A DNA stretch of 64,000 nucleotides from Octopus vulgaris. Taxonomy: Eukaryota. The translations under genes and the position numbers were made by a program. Under the pieces are notes generated by a model. That model was not told the DNA's origin. It saw only the letters and a list, made by a program, of their open reading frames with translations, and ran no database searches. Location: NCBI GenBank assembly GCA_951406725.2, contig OX597816.1, positions 179,552,001-179,616,000 on the forward strand, given 5' to 3'. Positions 1 to 12,639 of this stretch are shown piece after piece. Each line of letters begins with the position of its first letter. Positions within the stretch are counted from its first letter, which is position 1.

Positions 1-134
1 TGTAGGGAATTAGACGGTGAATTGTTAGATTTTCAGTGTTAAAAGAAGACGGAAATAGAGAGATGACTTGGTGCTTATTTTCCTAATATATTCTGTTTTA
101 ACTCGTCGACGCATACTATAGAATACAGTTCCCG
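1..134 (+). other. Probable non-coding (5' UTR) first exon of the Kelch-like gene; 5' boundary unknown
   Basis: Consensus donor CG|GTAAGT at 134/135 in a locally CpG-rich stretch. The first coding exon starts with an acceptor (TTTTCAG, 5467-5473) 3 nt before the ATG, so an upstream exon is expected. Confidence 0.5.
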
Positions 135-629
135 GTAAGTTGAATTCTCGACCCGGTTTCGATTTTTTGTCGTAGCCATCTCGATTCATTTACATTCCTA
201 ATATCTTACAGGAAGAAATGACCGTCGCACAGACTCCTGATGCAAACGAATTGTTTCATACGGTCGAATATTCCGTGTGTATTTACCCCTCCAAAACAGC
301 TTAAAGATTCAATTTGTGGAAATTCTTTTTTGGAAAACTATTTCAAATCATTTATGACTTAACTCTCACCATACACCAAAGAATGAAATCAAATTCTTTT
401 ATAAACATTTTCAAATTTATAACTTTATATTACAAAGATTTTATTTATTTTGTTTAGAAATTCATAGAATAGAAATATGCAAAATTTTATTCATTCTATC
501 TTTATGGGATGTTAGACCAATTTACATTAATACACACCTGACATTGTCTTCTCATAGCTACACTTTGTATATTACATAGTTTATAATACTGACCTTTCAA
601 CCCTATGTCATCAGCTGGCATTTAGTATC

Positions 630-2040
630 ACTATAGAGCGCCGTACAATGGAATACCAGCACAATTTGAACACGAAAAAACAATGTTTTGCTTTATCATT
701 TTCATGTCAAACTTTTTTCCATGGAAAATTATATATCATTTGAAAGCTTTAGATGAGAACTTTCTTTTCATATAGTTCTAATTAAAACCCGACTGCTACA
801 TATCACGTCAGGGTCCTTTAAACACCCTGATATTTTCATGCATTTTCAAAGTTTGTCCCAGTTTATTTTTGTTTTTTCTTTCTTGTCTGTTGAACGGTAG
901 CACTTGTTCTAGATCAATACACTCGAGCGCCATAATGTGTTAAAAATCATATATGCATGTAGAGGAATTCTTTAGCTTTATTTTGATATAAAACTTGATG
1001 AGGGTAGGTCAGATAATCGTTACGAAATAGAAAAGTGAAAATTTTATCGTTAATTTTCACTTCGAAAAAAAAAATAAACAAAACATTTCTTCAAGATAAG
1101 AAAAATTTATTGCTAACTCCTGGTCATCGCCGATTCTGGCCACGACTTGGCAAAAACAGTGCAAAATTCAAAAAGTGGGTGGTATACTGACACTTTTTGT
1201 ATGCGAACACATTGACTCTACTCGTCAAACTGATGTATTGGCGAGAGATCATACAGAAGACCACTTCAAGGCTTCAGATATCGATTTTGATCCAGAATTT
1301 CAAGAAATGGACAAATTGATTGGTAAGCAAACATGTTTCTACGAGAATTCATACTAGACTGACTTAAACAGGGTCGCCAGAAGCCAAAAACTAGCATGGA
1401 ATCATATTAATAATGTTTATTCTCTCATTCATACCGAGCGACGTACGAATTTTACCTCGCACATATTCTTGTACAAATGAATTTCGTGTTTCCTTGAGAA
1501 ATATTGGTCTGTTTTTGTCAATGAAAATTATGTGCAATGAATATTAATTTGTTGGCTATTAAAGTCCGATGTGATGTTTTTTCTTTTTTTTTAAATTTTT
1601 TTTTCTCTCGATTTTGAATACAGTCGCGTAATGTTTACATTTTCACAAGTGCTGATTTTCACTCTTATATTTCGTAACGATTGTCTGATCTATCACCATC
1701 GAGATTTATATCAAAATTCATCTAAAAAAATTCATTCATGCTTGTATGATTATCAGCACTACTGGAGTTATAACGCTCAAGCGCATTGAACTAGATCGAG
1801 GGCCACCGTTCAAGCAGTCGAAAGGGGTGGGTGGGAAAGAGGTATAGATTTTTAGAAATACCAGGTTGTTTGAGAGACACTGTCAACATAGGTGTCAGAT
1901 TTTGATTAAAACTATGCGAGAACAAAGTTCTCATCCAGAACTTTCAATGAAAACAGTTATTTTGTGATGAAAATGATGTACCAGAAAATGTTTCTGCATG
2001 GTCAAACTGTCACCCCTTCAACAGAGCTCTCCAAGGATAC
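630..2040. mobile_element. Degenerate foldback / non-autonomous DNA transposon with long inverted arms (~630-1045 vs ~1655-2040)
   Basis: Matching inverted blocks, e.g. tcagataatcgttacgaaatagaaaagtgaaa vs ttttcactcttatatttcgtaacgattgtctga, and gatgagaacttt vs aaagttctcatc. Boundaries approximate. Confidence 0.6.
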
Positions 2041-2179
2041 TTATTAAATTTATTGTAAAGCTCCAAACTTAGATTCAGTTTTATACCCCAACAAATGTTT
2101 CAAAACAGGGACCCCTACACATAACATCGTAGTATAACCATGTCTCAATATAGATAGCAATCTAATTTCATTAATTTGT

Positions 2180-2795
2180 AGGGCTGAGTTTTGGATCAGG
2201 ACGCCCACATAAGTTAGATTTTCTCCATTTTCGACGATTTTTACATTTTGTTGTCACTGCAGCCCTGGAAATGAAGAAGGGGAAGCTTTTTATAGAACAA
2301 TTTTCAAAATTTTACAATTAACCCCCCCCTCCCGAACTGATTGAGGCCAATTGCTTTGGCACTAGACTCTTAAACAGCAATGGAAGAATCCTTTATGATG
2401 AGAAAAAAATTATGAAAATATTTTGAGACACAAAGGTATGGGATTTAAGGGAGATTTAGCTGCCGTTTCTAGCGTGTTACCAGGTCATCATGGGATGTGC
2501 AATAGAAACAGCTAAACCTCCCTTAAATCACATGCCTTTTCATCTCAAAATATTTTCAGAATTTTTTCCCTACTATAAAGGTTTCTTCCACTGCTTTTTA
2601 AGTGTCTAGTGCCTAAAAAACACTGGCCTAAATTGGTCCAGAGGGGTGAGAAAAATCACAAATCTTCCAAAGGATTTTTTTCATAAAAAAAAAACCTCAT
2701 TCCTTTCCAAGGTTGGGGTCAGAAAAATGGAAAAATCCCTATCAAAACAGAAAATCCAATTTATGTGGGCATTCTGATGTGAAATTCTGCCATTT
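2180..2795. mobile_element. Degenerate palindromic MITE-like element centred near 2485
   Basis: Inverted blocks: gcccacataa vs ttatgtgggc; ggcactagac vs gtctagtgcc; gaaaatattttgaga vs tctcaaaatattttc; gatttaagggagatttagctg vs cagctaaacctcccttaaatc. Confidence 0.7.
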
Positions 2796-3900
2796 GTAGC
2801 CATTTTTAATAGTCTATTAAAATTTTATTGAAAGGATGTCATGTCCAAACTCTCATGATTTATTTAATCTCATGATTTATCTACCTCCATACTAACTACA
2901 AATGTGCCAAAACTCAAGTTCCTGTGGCTTGTAGCTTTGAATTTAGCTAGGTCTGAAACATTACAAAATTGACCATTTGTTACACCTAACAAAATAGGCT
3001 TTACACATATAAAATATTGCCAAAAAAAAAAGTTTTTTCCTTGACCATTTGAAATTGTCTTGTGCTTAGGTGTCGTCTGTACTGAAGGCTAGTAACTTAC
3101 AAATTGCACACTGTGTCCATTTAAGAAAACAACTCTCCCCATTTCTGTGTTTCATGCAAAATGTTTTCTTGGTAACTAATGGTCAAATAATGTAAGAAAA
3201 AAAATCTCTCATTAAACAGTTTGGTACAAGACCCTTTCAGCTATACCTGCAAATTTCTTAGCATACTTTATATCCATCTGTATGCTATCTAGTCTTCTAT
3301 ACACCTGAATCCTTGTACTGTTTTTCAATAGTCTCTTGTTCTACTACAGCAGTTGGGGGAACTAGATAAAATTTAACAAAGCCGACAGTGTTCTGTTTAT
3401 GTTGATCTGTGTAGATCATTTCCTATCAGGTACAATGAGATACCACTGCTCAAAATAAAGGTTGCAACACTGTTTTGTTAAACTTCTGTGTAGGAAATCC
3501 TTTTCTTCCCCTCTTATGTTTACAAAATGTTTCCTTTTTCTTCTATCATTGTCTTCATTATCCGACATTTGTCTTCCTACTGTTATTATTGCCAATGCTT
3601 AGTGTTTCCATTACTTTTTCTCTAACGGAATTTTGGTTTTTATCCATATCAACTTTTATAAATGTGAAGTAACAAATTCACATGTTGGGCACTGTGTGTG
3701 TGTATGCACGCATATTCGATCCTGGGCCCCATTTATTTATTTTTTTTTATTTATGAGATAGGCATATCCTTCTACATTATTTGATATAATCTTCAGTTTA
3801 ATATCTTGATCCTTTAGCATTCATTCTCCCTCTTATGTTAACACTGTCAGAATCTGGTCTCTTACATCTACCCTACAATGTCATTCTACAAATAAACAAT

Positions 3901-4075
3901 AGGCACAGGAGTGGCTGTGTGGTAAGTAGCTTGCTAACCAACCACATGGTTCCGGGTTCGGTCCCACTGCGTGGCACCTTAGGCAAGTGTCTTCTGCTTT
4001 AGACCTGGGCCGACCAAAGCCTTGTGAGTGGATTTGGTAGACGGAAACTGAAAGAAGCCTGTCGTATATATGTAT
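3901..4075 (+). mobile_element. tRNA-derived SINE, family A (5' part)
   Basis: Head AGGCACAGGAGTGGCTGTGTGGTAAG with a B-box-like GGTTCGGTCCC. Near-identical to the copy at 56449-56850. Confidence 0.85.
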
Positions 4076-4751
4076 ATATATTCTTTTCCCTTCAGTATAT
4101 AAATTGATCCAATAAACTTGACTACACCCACATATACATGTGGGTAATGACCTTATAACATGCTTTCCTAAGCTCCTCTGTGGGTGTTGGCTATCATATG
4201 CTATAATACAGCAGGAATTCTCCTTTTACTGGATATATATATGTAGAAATCTGTTAGTGTATACAGAATTCATACAAAAAATAGTTATACAAGTGGGATG
4301 AAGAGGCTTTAATTCAAATGACAATTGTTTCTGTCAATTGCTGAGTGTTTCACATTTACATATTATATAAATATTATGTGAATATGATCCAGCAGTAGCT
4401 GTGTGCCTGCATGTCATTGTTGGTGTCACATAAGGGCACCCATGCCAGTGGCATGTAAGAAGCACTCAGCACACTTAAGTGGTTGGCATGTTAGGAAGGG
4501 TGTCCAGCTGTAGAAACCATGCCACAACAGATAATTGCAGTCTGGGCAGTTCCAGGTCAAACCATCCGGTTCATACCAGCATGAAAATTGGATATTAAAC
4601 AATGATTACCCCCCCCCACACACACACAAGTAGAGGTTAAAATAGCCTCATTAAGGGATAGTAATACCTAATGAATTACTGGTTCATTACCTAATATTTT
4701 TGTGAATTATAAAATAGGTCTAAATATAAATCTTGGTTTATAAATATTCAA

Positions 4752-5046
4752 AAGAAAATGGAGATATAGCATTAATATAATTTATTATCTGCAAAAATTC
4801 AACATATTCTCTTACAGCTGTTTCAATTAAGCCTAAAAGATTAAAATAGCAACAATTAAATCATTATATTAGGCAAATTCTCATCAGAGGGGTAGAAAAG
4901 AAATACCATTAGGTTATTAGGTGTTGTGTTTATATAATGATTTAATTGTTGCTATTTTAATCTTTTAGGCTTAGATGAAACAGCTGGAAGAAAATATGTT
5001 GAATTTTTGTGGATAAATTATATTAATGCTATATCTCCATTTTCTT
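4752..5046. repeat. Fold-back palindrome (arms ~4752-4869 and ~4932-5046), probable Penelope-like terminal repeat remnant
   Basis: aagaaaatggagatatagcattaatataattta...tcattatat is mirrored by atataatga...taaattatattaatgctatatctccattttctt. Contains a hammerhead fold on the - strand. Confidence 0.8.
4808..4892 (-). ncRNA. Minimal type I hammerhead ribozyme (C3-G8 core), degenerate stem I
   Basis: Minus strand reads cccct-CUGAUGA-g-aatt-t-gcctaa-[loop]-ttaggc-tt-aatt-GAAAC-AGCU-GUA-agaga. Stem III (ACAGCUGU) is palindromic; stem I is only partly paired. Confidence 0.6.
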
Positions 5047-5476
5047 ATAAAAATTCACATTTCCCTTAGTTTCCTTTTAGCTGTTAGTAAACTAGGGTGC
5101 AACAGTTTATGTTTATCTTTTTAATGCAGTATATTGTACAGATATCAGTAAATATAAATTCAATTCTGGCAGTTATTTTTTTTTTCTTTCACAGTATAGC
5201 TAAATAGAGTACTGTGTTTAAAATATTTAGACATCTGCATTTGGGTGTATGCGATTTCTCATTTTATTGGTTTTATTTATAAATGAATATAGTTTCTCAA
5301 CAATTTTATGTCTGTGTGTTATTCTAATCCAATTTATTTCTTGCAATCATAAATAAAATTGCTCTTGTGAATTTGCTTTATTTAAAATTTTTTTAATGAT
5401 TTGGTCAGAATATACTGTGAAATATTTTGCTTAAAAATTCTAATTTAGTACATTTTTAAAATTTTATTTTCAGTTT

Positions 5477-6515
5477 ATGATGCTCTTTGAAAGTGAAGTA
5501 GAGACAGCAACTGAAGTTTGTCCAGAATCGGCAGAGAAGGATGGACCACCAGTTGTTGAAAGATTCTGCGATGAAACTGAACGTTCACGGACAATGCTCA
5601 CAGGCTTTGCCAAATTGTATGAAAAAAATCTATTCACTGATGTCATATTATGTGCTGGACGTAAAGAATTTCCTTGCCATAAAAATGTTCTTGCTATTTC
5701 AAGCCCTTACTTTATGGCAATGTTTACCAATGACATGGCTGAAAAGAATCAAGAAAAGATCACTTTACGATCAATTGATTCTCAAACAGCTCAGTTGGTA
5801 TTGGACTACATTTACACTGGATCAGTTATGCTTTCTAAAGATACAGTTCAGGAGTTACTATCGGCAGCAAATATATTTCAGCTGGTGTCATTAAAGACAG
5901 GTTGTGCTTCATTTATGAAGAACCATGTGGATGTTAGCAACTGCATTGGTGTCTACTTTTTTGCTCTTGCTCATGGATGTATGGCGCTATCAAATGTTTC
6001 GAAAACTATTATTAATCAGGAATTCTCTCGTCTCTATCGTGAAAATGAATTTTTGAATCTTCCTGCTGACAAAGTTGTTGAAATTATTAGTGATGATAAC
6101 ATTTGCATAAGTCAGGAAGAAGTGGTTTATGAGGCATGTATGGCTTGGCTTAAGCATAACATAAATGAACGAGTAGGCTCTTTAGATGTCATCTTGAACC
6201 ATGTTCGCTTTGCCAATATCAACTCCTACTATTTCTGTGATAAAATTGATTCTGATCTGTCTCTTTTAAGTTATGAAAACGTCCAAAAGACTCTACACTC
6301 TGTTCGTCTGTATTATATGCTCAAAAACCGTCATTTAGAACTGGGGCTCAATCTGATGCCACGCAGAGGTATGGACTTTAAACGAGGTATAGTAATAATT
6401 GCCAATCCGTATGCAGAAGATCCACAGAGGAAGTATGGTGTGATGGAAATACTCTTTCCTAAAACTGGTAATGTTCGTTATGTATGTAAACTCCCTCAAG
6501 GTCTTTGCACACCAG
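5477..6515 (+). CDS. Kelch-like protein, coding exon 1: BTB/POZ and BACK domains plus start of the Kelch propeller
   Basis: ORF with BTB motifs (FTDVILCAG..FPCHKNVLAISSPYFMAMF; LDYIYTG) and BACK motifs (NCIGVYFFA; EEVVYEACMAWLKH; VRF). Acceptor AG at 5472-5473; donor CAG|GTAAG at 6515/6516, phase 1. Confidence 0.95.
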
Positions 6516-6892
6516 GTAAGTTCAGTATTGAAGTCTTTCATTGAAATTGTGAAATGTACTTATTATAAGAGATTCACTCTCAGTTTCTCTTGATTAAAAG
6601 TTATTTCATTTTCACCTGAAGAAAATTATGGTCCATATAATTTTATATTTCTTTGTATTTGTTGTATATTAAGAAATATTTCTATATCTCTTTGATATTT
6701 TTAAATCTAGGAAATAACTATTCAATTATGTCTAAAGAGTTTGGCAATCTTGACATATTAGGAAGGGTAGAGTGTTCCAACCTGAATTAAATTTTATCCA
6801 ATTTGCGATCCAATCTGTTTTTTTTTTTTTTTTTTTTTTTTCAATTGTAAGAGGCTGGATCTACTTTGTAGGTGAATGATAGGATTGTTTAA

Positions 6893-8980
6893 CCCCATGA
6901 CAATGGATTTCTTTTTTCATCAAGCAACTAGGTTGCATTGATGGTAATCATCTCAGCTGAGATAAGCAATCAGTGCAGGGCAACGATTCCTTGTATATTG
7001 ACATCAACTGCTTTAACCAGTTTACGGCAGTGATTCATTCGGTTGCCTGTGCGCAGCAATGGTAATCATGCTGATGGAGGTCAGCACTCAGTGCGAGATA
7101 ATTTTCAATGTATATTTATGTGAACTGCTTTAGTGCAAGTGCGGTTTATTGATCTCGACTCTATCCCTGTGCAGGACCCTCATGCAGTGTTGTTCCTGAA
7201 TGAGATCACTCAACAGCACAAGCAAGATCAACTTCATGTATCTACAATCACGTGAATTCAAAAATTGACTTTGGTTTGGTAGTTCAAAACAGGGTACCAC
7301 ATACAATGGTATATCATACTGTGAACAATGGTAGCTTGCACATCTCTTTGAAGCATTTGTCTTCTTGGTGGTGGGGGGAAAGTCGTGGAAAATGTCCACA
7401 TCCCTTCACCATGCAGTGAGGAGAGTCTGGTGTGGGGATGTCCACACATTCTGTACTTTGTCAGGTCTGATGTTTCTATCCTAAATGTCAGTCCATCTTC
7501 CACACCGTCAAGCATCTGCCAAATCAGATGTGAGTTCATGACAAACATCAACTATATACAAGAAAACTTTTTTTTACCATTTCACAAATTTCCTCCCCCA
7601 TTTGTGTGTTGTCACCAGCTGATCTGAGCGATTGACCCTGCCCATCCCTTCATTGTATGAAACATCTACACTTGGTTTCATTATGGCATTACCATCCACA
7701 TCTTGTTCCCTAGTGTCCTTCATGCTTGTAGAATGCATTGCAGATAACATGCAGACATTTTTCTTGTCGCACCACACTAGAGCGAGAATGCTACTCTCGG
7801 TGCATCGGGATGCTGTTTCCTCCTTTCAAAGTTTTATCTTGTGAAAATCAGACTGCATGTTTTTTCCTGTAGCTGTTGTCAGACAAGTTTTCATTCAGCA
7901 ACATCATGGCATCAATTGATGCTAGAGTAGATGCTGGAAGATTCAATCTATCCTGACCACTGTAGATTTTGTAATTCCACATCTACCCACAGGCTCTGCC
8001 AGCTGACTGGCATACTTTATAAACCTTGACTCCAATGCAGGCTTGTTGGGTTGGGTTGTATTGTTTGAATCAGGGCCTTCCCCTGAATTTCCACAAACTC
8101 TTGTCTGTACAAATGTACTGAGTTGGGGACATACACTGTTCTGAAATTTTCTGCTACTTTGCCAACTCTAGGACATATTTTGTGTAGCTTGTCATTCTGG
8201 TTCTCGCCTGAGTTGAAATGTAGATTTATTGATCACGTGGCATCGTTTCTGGAAAGAAGGGTGTCAACGTGGCTGGGTTCAGATTCCAATATGATGCCAG
8301 TGTTAGTTTCTTCACGTTGCCCATCAGTATCAGCAGGCAAACAGAACTTTGATCCCCCCCCCCTGTGCTTGGAAATCGATCATCGCCATAGCTGGGTCTG
8401 ACATGCTGGAGATGGTTTTCAGCAGTCATTCATTTCATCCACTTTATATTGGAACATTTCGTTCGTCAAAAACTTGTGGAGGATTTCCAATGGTGAACTT
8501 ACAGGTTCAAGGTTTTCCTTTATGGCAGGCATACCAGTAAATCCATGCAGTCAGATGAAATTGCTTCTTGTTCACCATATAATATTCTGTTGCCCAGGGC
8601 CGTTCCCTGCTACCCACCTGATTCATTAGAATATCATCATTGCTATGGAATCATCTGATTCTGAACTAGGAAAATATTCACTCTCTGAGTCGTCGTCTGA
8701 ACTGGAAGAAAGAACTAGCGAGGTGGTGGAGCTTGGTGCGATGACCATAAATTCGAAACAGGACGTGATGACAAAGTTGACATGACAACTGTAAATTTGA
8801 CAAAACAGGACATGACGACGAAGTTGATAGAGCTGGAGTTGCAGGACCAGCCTATCAGGTAGTAAATATTTACATGAAACATCTAATTGGCCCATCAGTT
8901 GGCAGGTGGATTGGTACTCATGTGACAGGTTCAGAAAGGATGACAAAGCATTTAGCATTCTTATGTCAAGTTTCATCAGT
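6893..8980 (-). mobile_element. Decayed piggyBac (PGBD4-like) transposon; transposase remnants ~7258-8748
   Basis: Fragments on -: acidic N-terminus SSSSDDDSESEYFPSSESDD; ICTDKSLWKFRG..FKQYNP; GVKVYKVCQS..WNYKIYSG; WCDKKNVCMLS..KPSV..YNEGMGRVNRSDQL..RKFVKW; Cys-rich C-terminus. TTAA-CCC end at 6889-6895; the other end is not visible. Many stops and frameshifts. Confidence 0.85.
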
Positions 8981-9277
8981 CAACTCTGCTTTCATGCCAC
9001 TAAATCTATAAAAAAACAGTTATTAGCAATATGCTGTAAATTTATTTGATCGTCTCTGCCCCAACTTACTTCCCTAAATATTCCTGAGCTTGTGCCAGTG
9101 TAAGAAATTGTTTTTGACAACTGAATTTCTGAATGTATTTTATTAAATTGTTAGTTTCTACTTTACTATGCATACAGGTAAATCATGTCTTTCACTAGTC
9201 TATTATTGTTTATAGTTACTAGTGCATGACCAGTTGTTTTATGATTGTTAATAACTATTACTTTGCTTCATGGAGAA

Positions 9278-9284
9278 ATATATA

Positions 9285-9331
<47 letters not shown>
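9278..9331. repeat. (TA)n microsatellite
   Basis: Direct reading; adjacent to the hammerhead-bearing element. Confidence 0.95.
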
Positions 9332-9333
<2 letters not shown>

Positions 9334-9442
9334 AAGTATCATTAGAGAACAAATCCCCATAAAATTCAATAAATCAGAATATAAATCCAACCATGTCATT
9401 GAGCATGAATAGTAAGTATTAAATATAATATTCTAAGTTGTC

Positions 9443-9536
9443 GACTACATGTGTTTCATGAGGTTGTATACTATGTTCCTGAGGCACACAGTCTTTTACA
9501 GAACCTCTCCTTATATACAACCCCAATCTTCAGGTC
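9443..9536 (-). ncRNA. Minimal type I hammerhead ribozyme (C3-G8 core) in a probable Penelope-like terminal repeat
   Basis: Minus strand reads gac-CUGAAGA-u-uggggttgtata-[loop]-tatacaacctca-u-GAAAC-ACAU-GUA-gtc. Stem II is 12 bp, stem I is gac/gtc, cleavage triplet GUA. Confidence 0.75.
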
Positions 9537-10004
9537 CACCTATCCCCTGTTTATAACTTTATCTGTCATTATATATTCCAACTTAAAAGTATGTCAAACT
9601 AAACAGATGTATAAATAAATTCCTAGTATGTCAAAACATATAAATGAGTAAATAAATTCATTGAACCCTGCAGTTTAAGCCATAATTAAGAATTAAGCCT
9701 AAAAGAATATATATAAATGAAAAATATATACGAATGTGGAAAAAATTTATACTAATAAGAAAATATAACATAAGAATAAAAATTTAAAACATCTATATCC
9801 AAATGAAGAGCATGATTAAGAGACGAATGGAAACTAATACGAATGACAAAAATTCTGGTGAATGTTATGCGTAAAATATGAATGAAGATATGCAAAGATA
9901 TGGAAAAGATAAAAATGAAAAAATTATATATACAGGAATTAATTTATAAATTAATATAATTAGAATTAATGTATTAAACTTAATTTAAAATGTAAAAGTC
10001 AAAA

Positions 10005-10430
10005 TCATCATCATTTAACGTTCGTTTTCCATGCTAGCATGGGTTGGACGGTTCAACTGGGGTCTGGGAAGCCAGGAGGTTGCACCAGGCCCAGTCTGAT
10101 CTGGCAGCGTTTCTACAGCTGGATGCCCCTCCTAACGCCAACCACTCCGAGAGTGTAGTGGGTGCTTTTTATGTGCCACCTGCACAGGTGCCAGACGAGG
10201 CTGGCAAACAGCCATGATCAAATGGTGCTTTTTACATGCCACCTGCATGGGGGCCAGACGAGGCTGGCAATGGCCACAATCGGATAGTGCTTTTTACGTG
10301 CCACCGGCACGGAGGCCAGTCGGGGCGGCGCTGGCAACGGCCATGTTCGGATGGTTCTCTTACTTGCCACCGGCACTGGTATCACAGCTACAATTTCCAT
10401 TGATGTTGAAAGATTTTGATTTTGATTCAA
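10005..10430 (-). mobile_element. RTE LINE 3' UTR fragment with (ATG)n tail and internal ~55-bp repeats
   Basis: catcatcatttaacgttcgttttccatgctagcatgggttgg and repeated gtgctttttaygtgccacc motifs, shared with the RTE at 28869-29909. Related fragments at ~4405-4605, 13590-13930, 22645-23020, 32160-32350 and 44555-44760. Confidence 0.75.
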
Positions 10431-10920
10431 AATGTAAAAGAATATTTTCCATCTACCCCTGGATACCATGGCACTAAATTCAGCTAGTTAGAATTTACAG
10501 TGCAATGGTCTGTGAAAATATTTATACTCATACCAACTGTTTCATTTAAACTATTATGTTATTAGCATATCACTGACAGTGGGACAGGAAATAAATTCAT
10601 TATGGGAAGAATTCTTCCTTTCTTTCATTTATATTCACCCACCCTCCTACCAGCACCCAACCATTGCTCCCCAACTCAAATAGTAAGTTAAATTTAAATA
10701 ATAGTATCTAATAGTAATTTCTAACAATTTGTTTATTTGCTTGAAGGTTAGATTTTATTAATTAGCCACTTCAGTTTGTGATTACATTTAATTTTTCTTT
10801 CATCCTGTACATTAAGTAGTTTAGTTTTTGCCCATAATATATCTCCATGAATTCATGGGTACACAACATAGTCTATTCCCAATTCTATACAATTTGGTTT
10901 TTCTTATTATCTCCCACTTA

Positions 10921-10958
<38 letters not shown>

Positions 10959-11619
10959 GAACGAATGAACGAACGAACGAACGCTTTTATAGATCAAAAT
11001 ACTTTTTTTTAACATCCTCTTTACATTACTGTCAAACACAGTCTCTTTAGAGTGAATTTAGTTTTTGAGTGATTGATGGATATAAAAATGACTAGTTAAA
11101 TAATCATTCAACTATTTTCCTGGGATGATTGAATGGAGGAAAGTGTCTGTGAATTGTCTAGTTTACTTGTGCACTGGGTGAGAGCTCAAGGTAAAAATCA
11201 GTGATAGATAGGTAGCTAGATACTTCTTTTAGAAGAAATATTACTACATTGGAAAAAAAAAATATGAATCTCAATTTTGGCTTTCTCTCCAACAGTGTTA
11301 TGTCTCTCAGTATATATGGATGTATGTACACAGATAAATGCATAAATTTCTTATTTTATATGATTGTCTTAATACATTATCTTTAACAATCCTGTTGAGA
11401 AACTAAGGTTAATGTAGTGATAGACAGGATGTGATGTTTGGAAATGTTAGAGGATATAGGCTTCTATATAATAGATGGCCTTTTCTTGAATGTGCTCTAC
11501 CACCTTCACTCAACATTCCTGTTCCTCAAATTAGAAAGCAATTCTGTTGCTGGGATTTGAGTTTACTGTTTCTTTGTTTCTGAGATTTTTAATTTGAAGA
11601 AACCTAAAAATAACCTTTC

Positions 11620-11825
11620 TATATATGCACAAGTCCTGAAATTAGAGGGATGGGGTCTTGTTGATTACATTGACCCCACTGGTCAACTGGTACTTATTTT
11701 GACTCCGAAAGGATGAAAGGCAAAGTCAACCTCAGTGGAATTTGAACTCAGAATGTAAAGACAAACAAAATGCCACTAAGCATTTTGTCTGGTGTGCTAA
11801 CAATTCTGCTAACTCTCCATCTTAA
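11620..11825 (-). mobile_element. tRNA-derived SINE, family B
   Basis: Core gaaaggatgaaaggcaaagtcaacctcagtggaatttgaactcagaat. Repeated at ~15843-16825, 19110-19300, 21870-22085, 48505-48720, 49130-49330 and 49425-49612. Confidence 0.8.
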
Positions 11826-12639
11826 ATGTGAAAATATGACTAAAACCATTTGCAAACATAACACTTGTATATGTTATATGTAGCTATAAAGGAAATGAAA
11901 ATAAAGGTCAAGGGTTAGTGTGTAATCATTAAATGAATTTATATACATATACTTACTGTATGTATAATGTATTTTTTAAGTTTTGGTTTAACAACTAACT
12001 AGGACAAGAATCTATTTAAATTGTTAGATTTTGGTCTGGTTGTACATGGGGAGTACAAATGAGTACAATTTTGTCTTCCTCACAGTGCAGTTCTCTTCAA
12101 CATAGCTCACAATTCAATTGTTTTGCTTTCTTTTAGAAACATACATTATAGATATATTGTTTCTTGCTATATTTAACTGATTTTATTAAATTGTTGAGTT
12201 TTTTAAGTGGTTTCTGCTACATTTCTTGTAAATTTACTCTAAGAATGTCTGATCTTTATTTTGTTTTTTATCTGTTTAATTAGCTGAGAAATTTAAACAA
12301 AGCAATTTTTATAATCTTTGCTGGGGCTATGACATGATTTAGATATTGAGAAGCAATATCCCCTCTTAAACATGGATATTCTGTTGGAACAAAATTTTAC
12401 TGCAGTGGTTACCATGAGAGAAACTCTCACATTTTTTTTGTGCAAAATGCCAAAGCCGATTTAAGATGAAAGCCAATACGAGTTTCTTTCATTGTAACTA
12501 CTGCAGTAAAGTTTGTACTAATAGACCATCTATGTTTAAGTGGGGGTAAATATTACCTCTCGGTATTAATAATACCTTTGTTTTTAATATATATGGTTTA
12601 GATATTAAATTGAATTTTAGGACCCCTTATAATTTGAGT

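Noticed and set aside
590-620. CUGAUGA...GAAA on the minus strand
   Set aside because: No stem II or stem I pairing; probably chance.
4312-4335. GAAAC-AAUU-GUC half-hammerhead on the minus strand
   Set aside because: It looks like a palindromic stem III remnant, but no 5' core or stem II is visible, so it is not called.
6516-6544. ORF tail KFSIEVFH as the true C-terminus
   Set aside because: It is read-through past a consensus donor; splicing to 28429 continues the Kelch repeat in frame.
7258-8748. Domesticated piggyBac exon fused to the Kelch gene
   Set aside because: It is antisense to the gene and full of stops and frameshifts.
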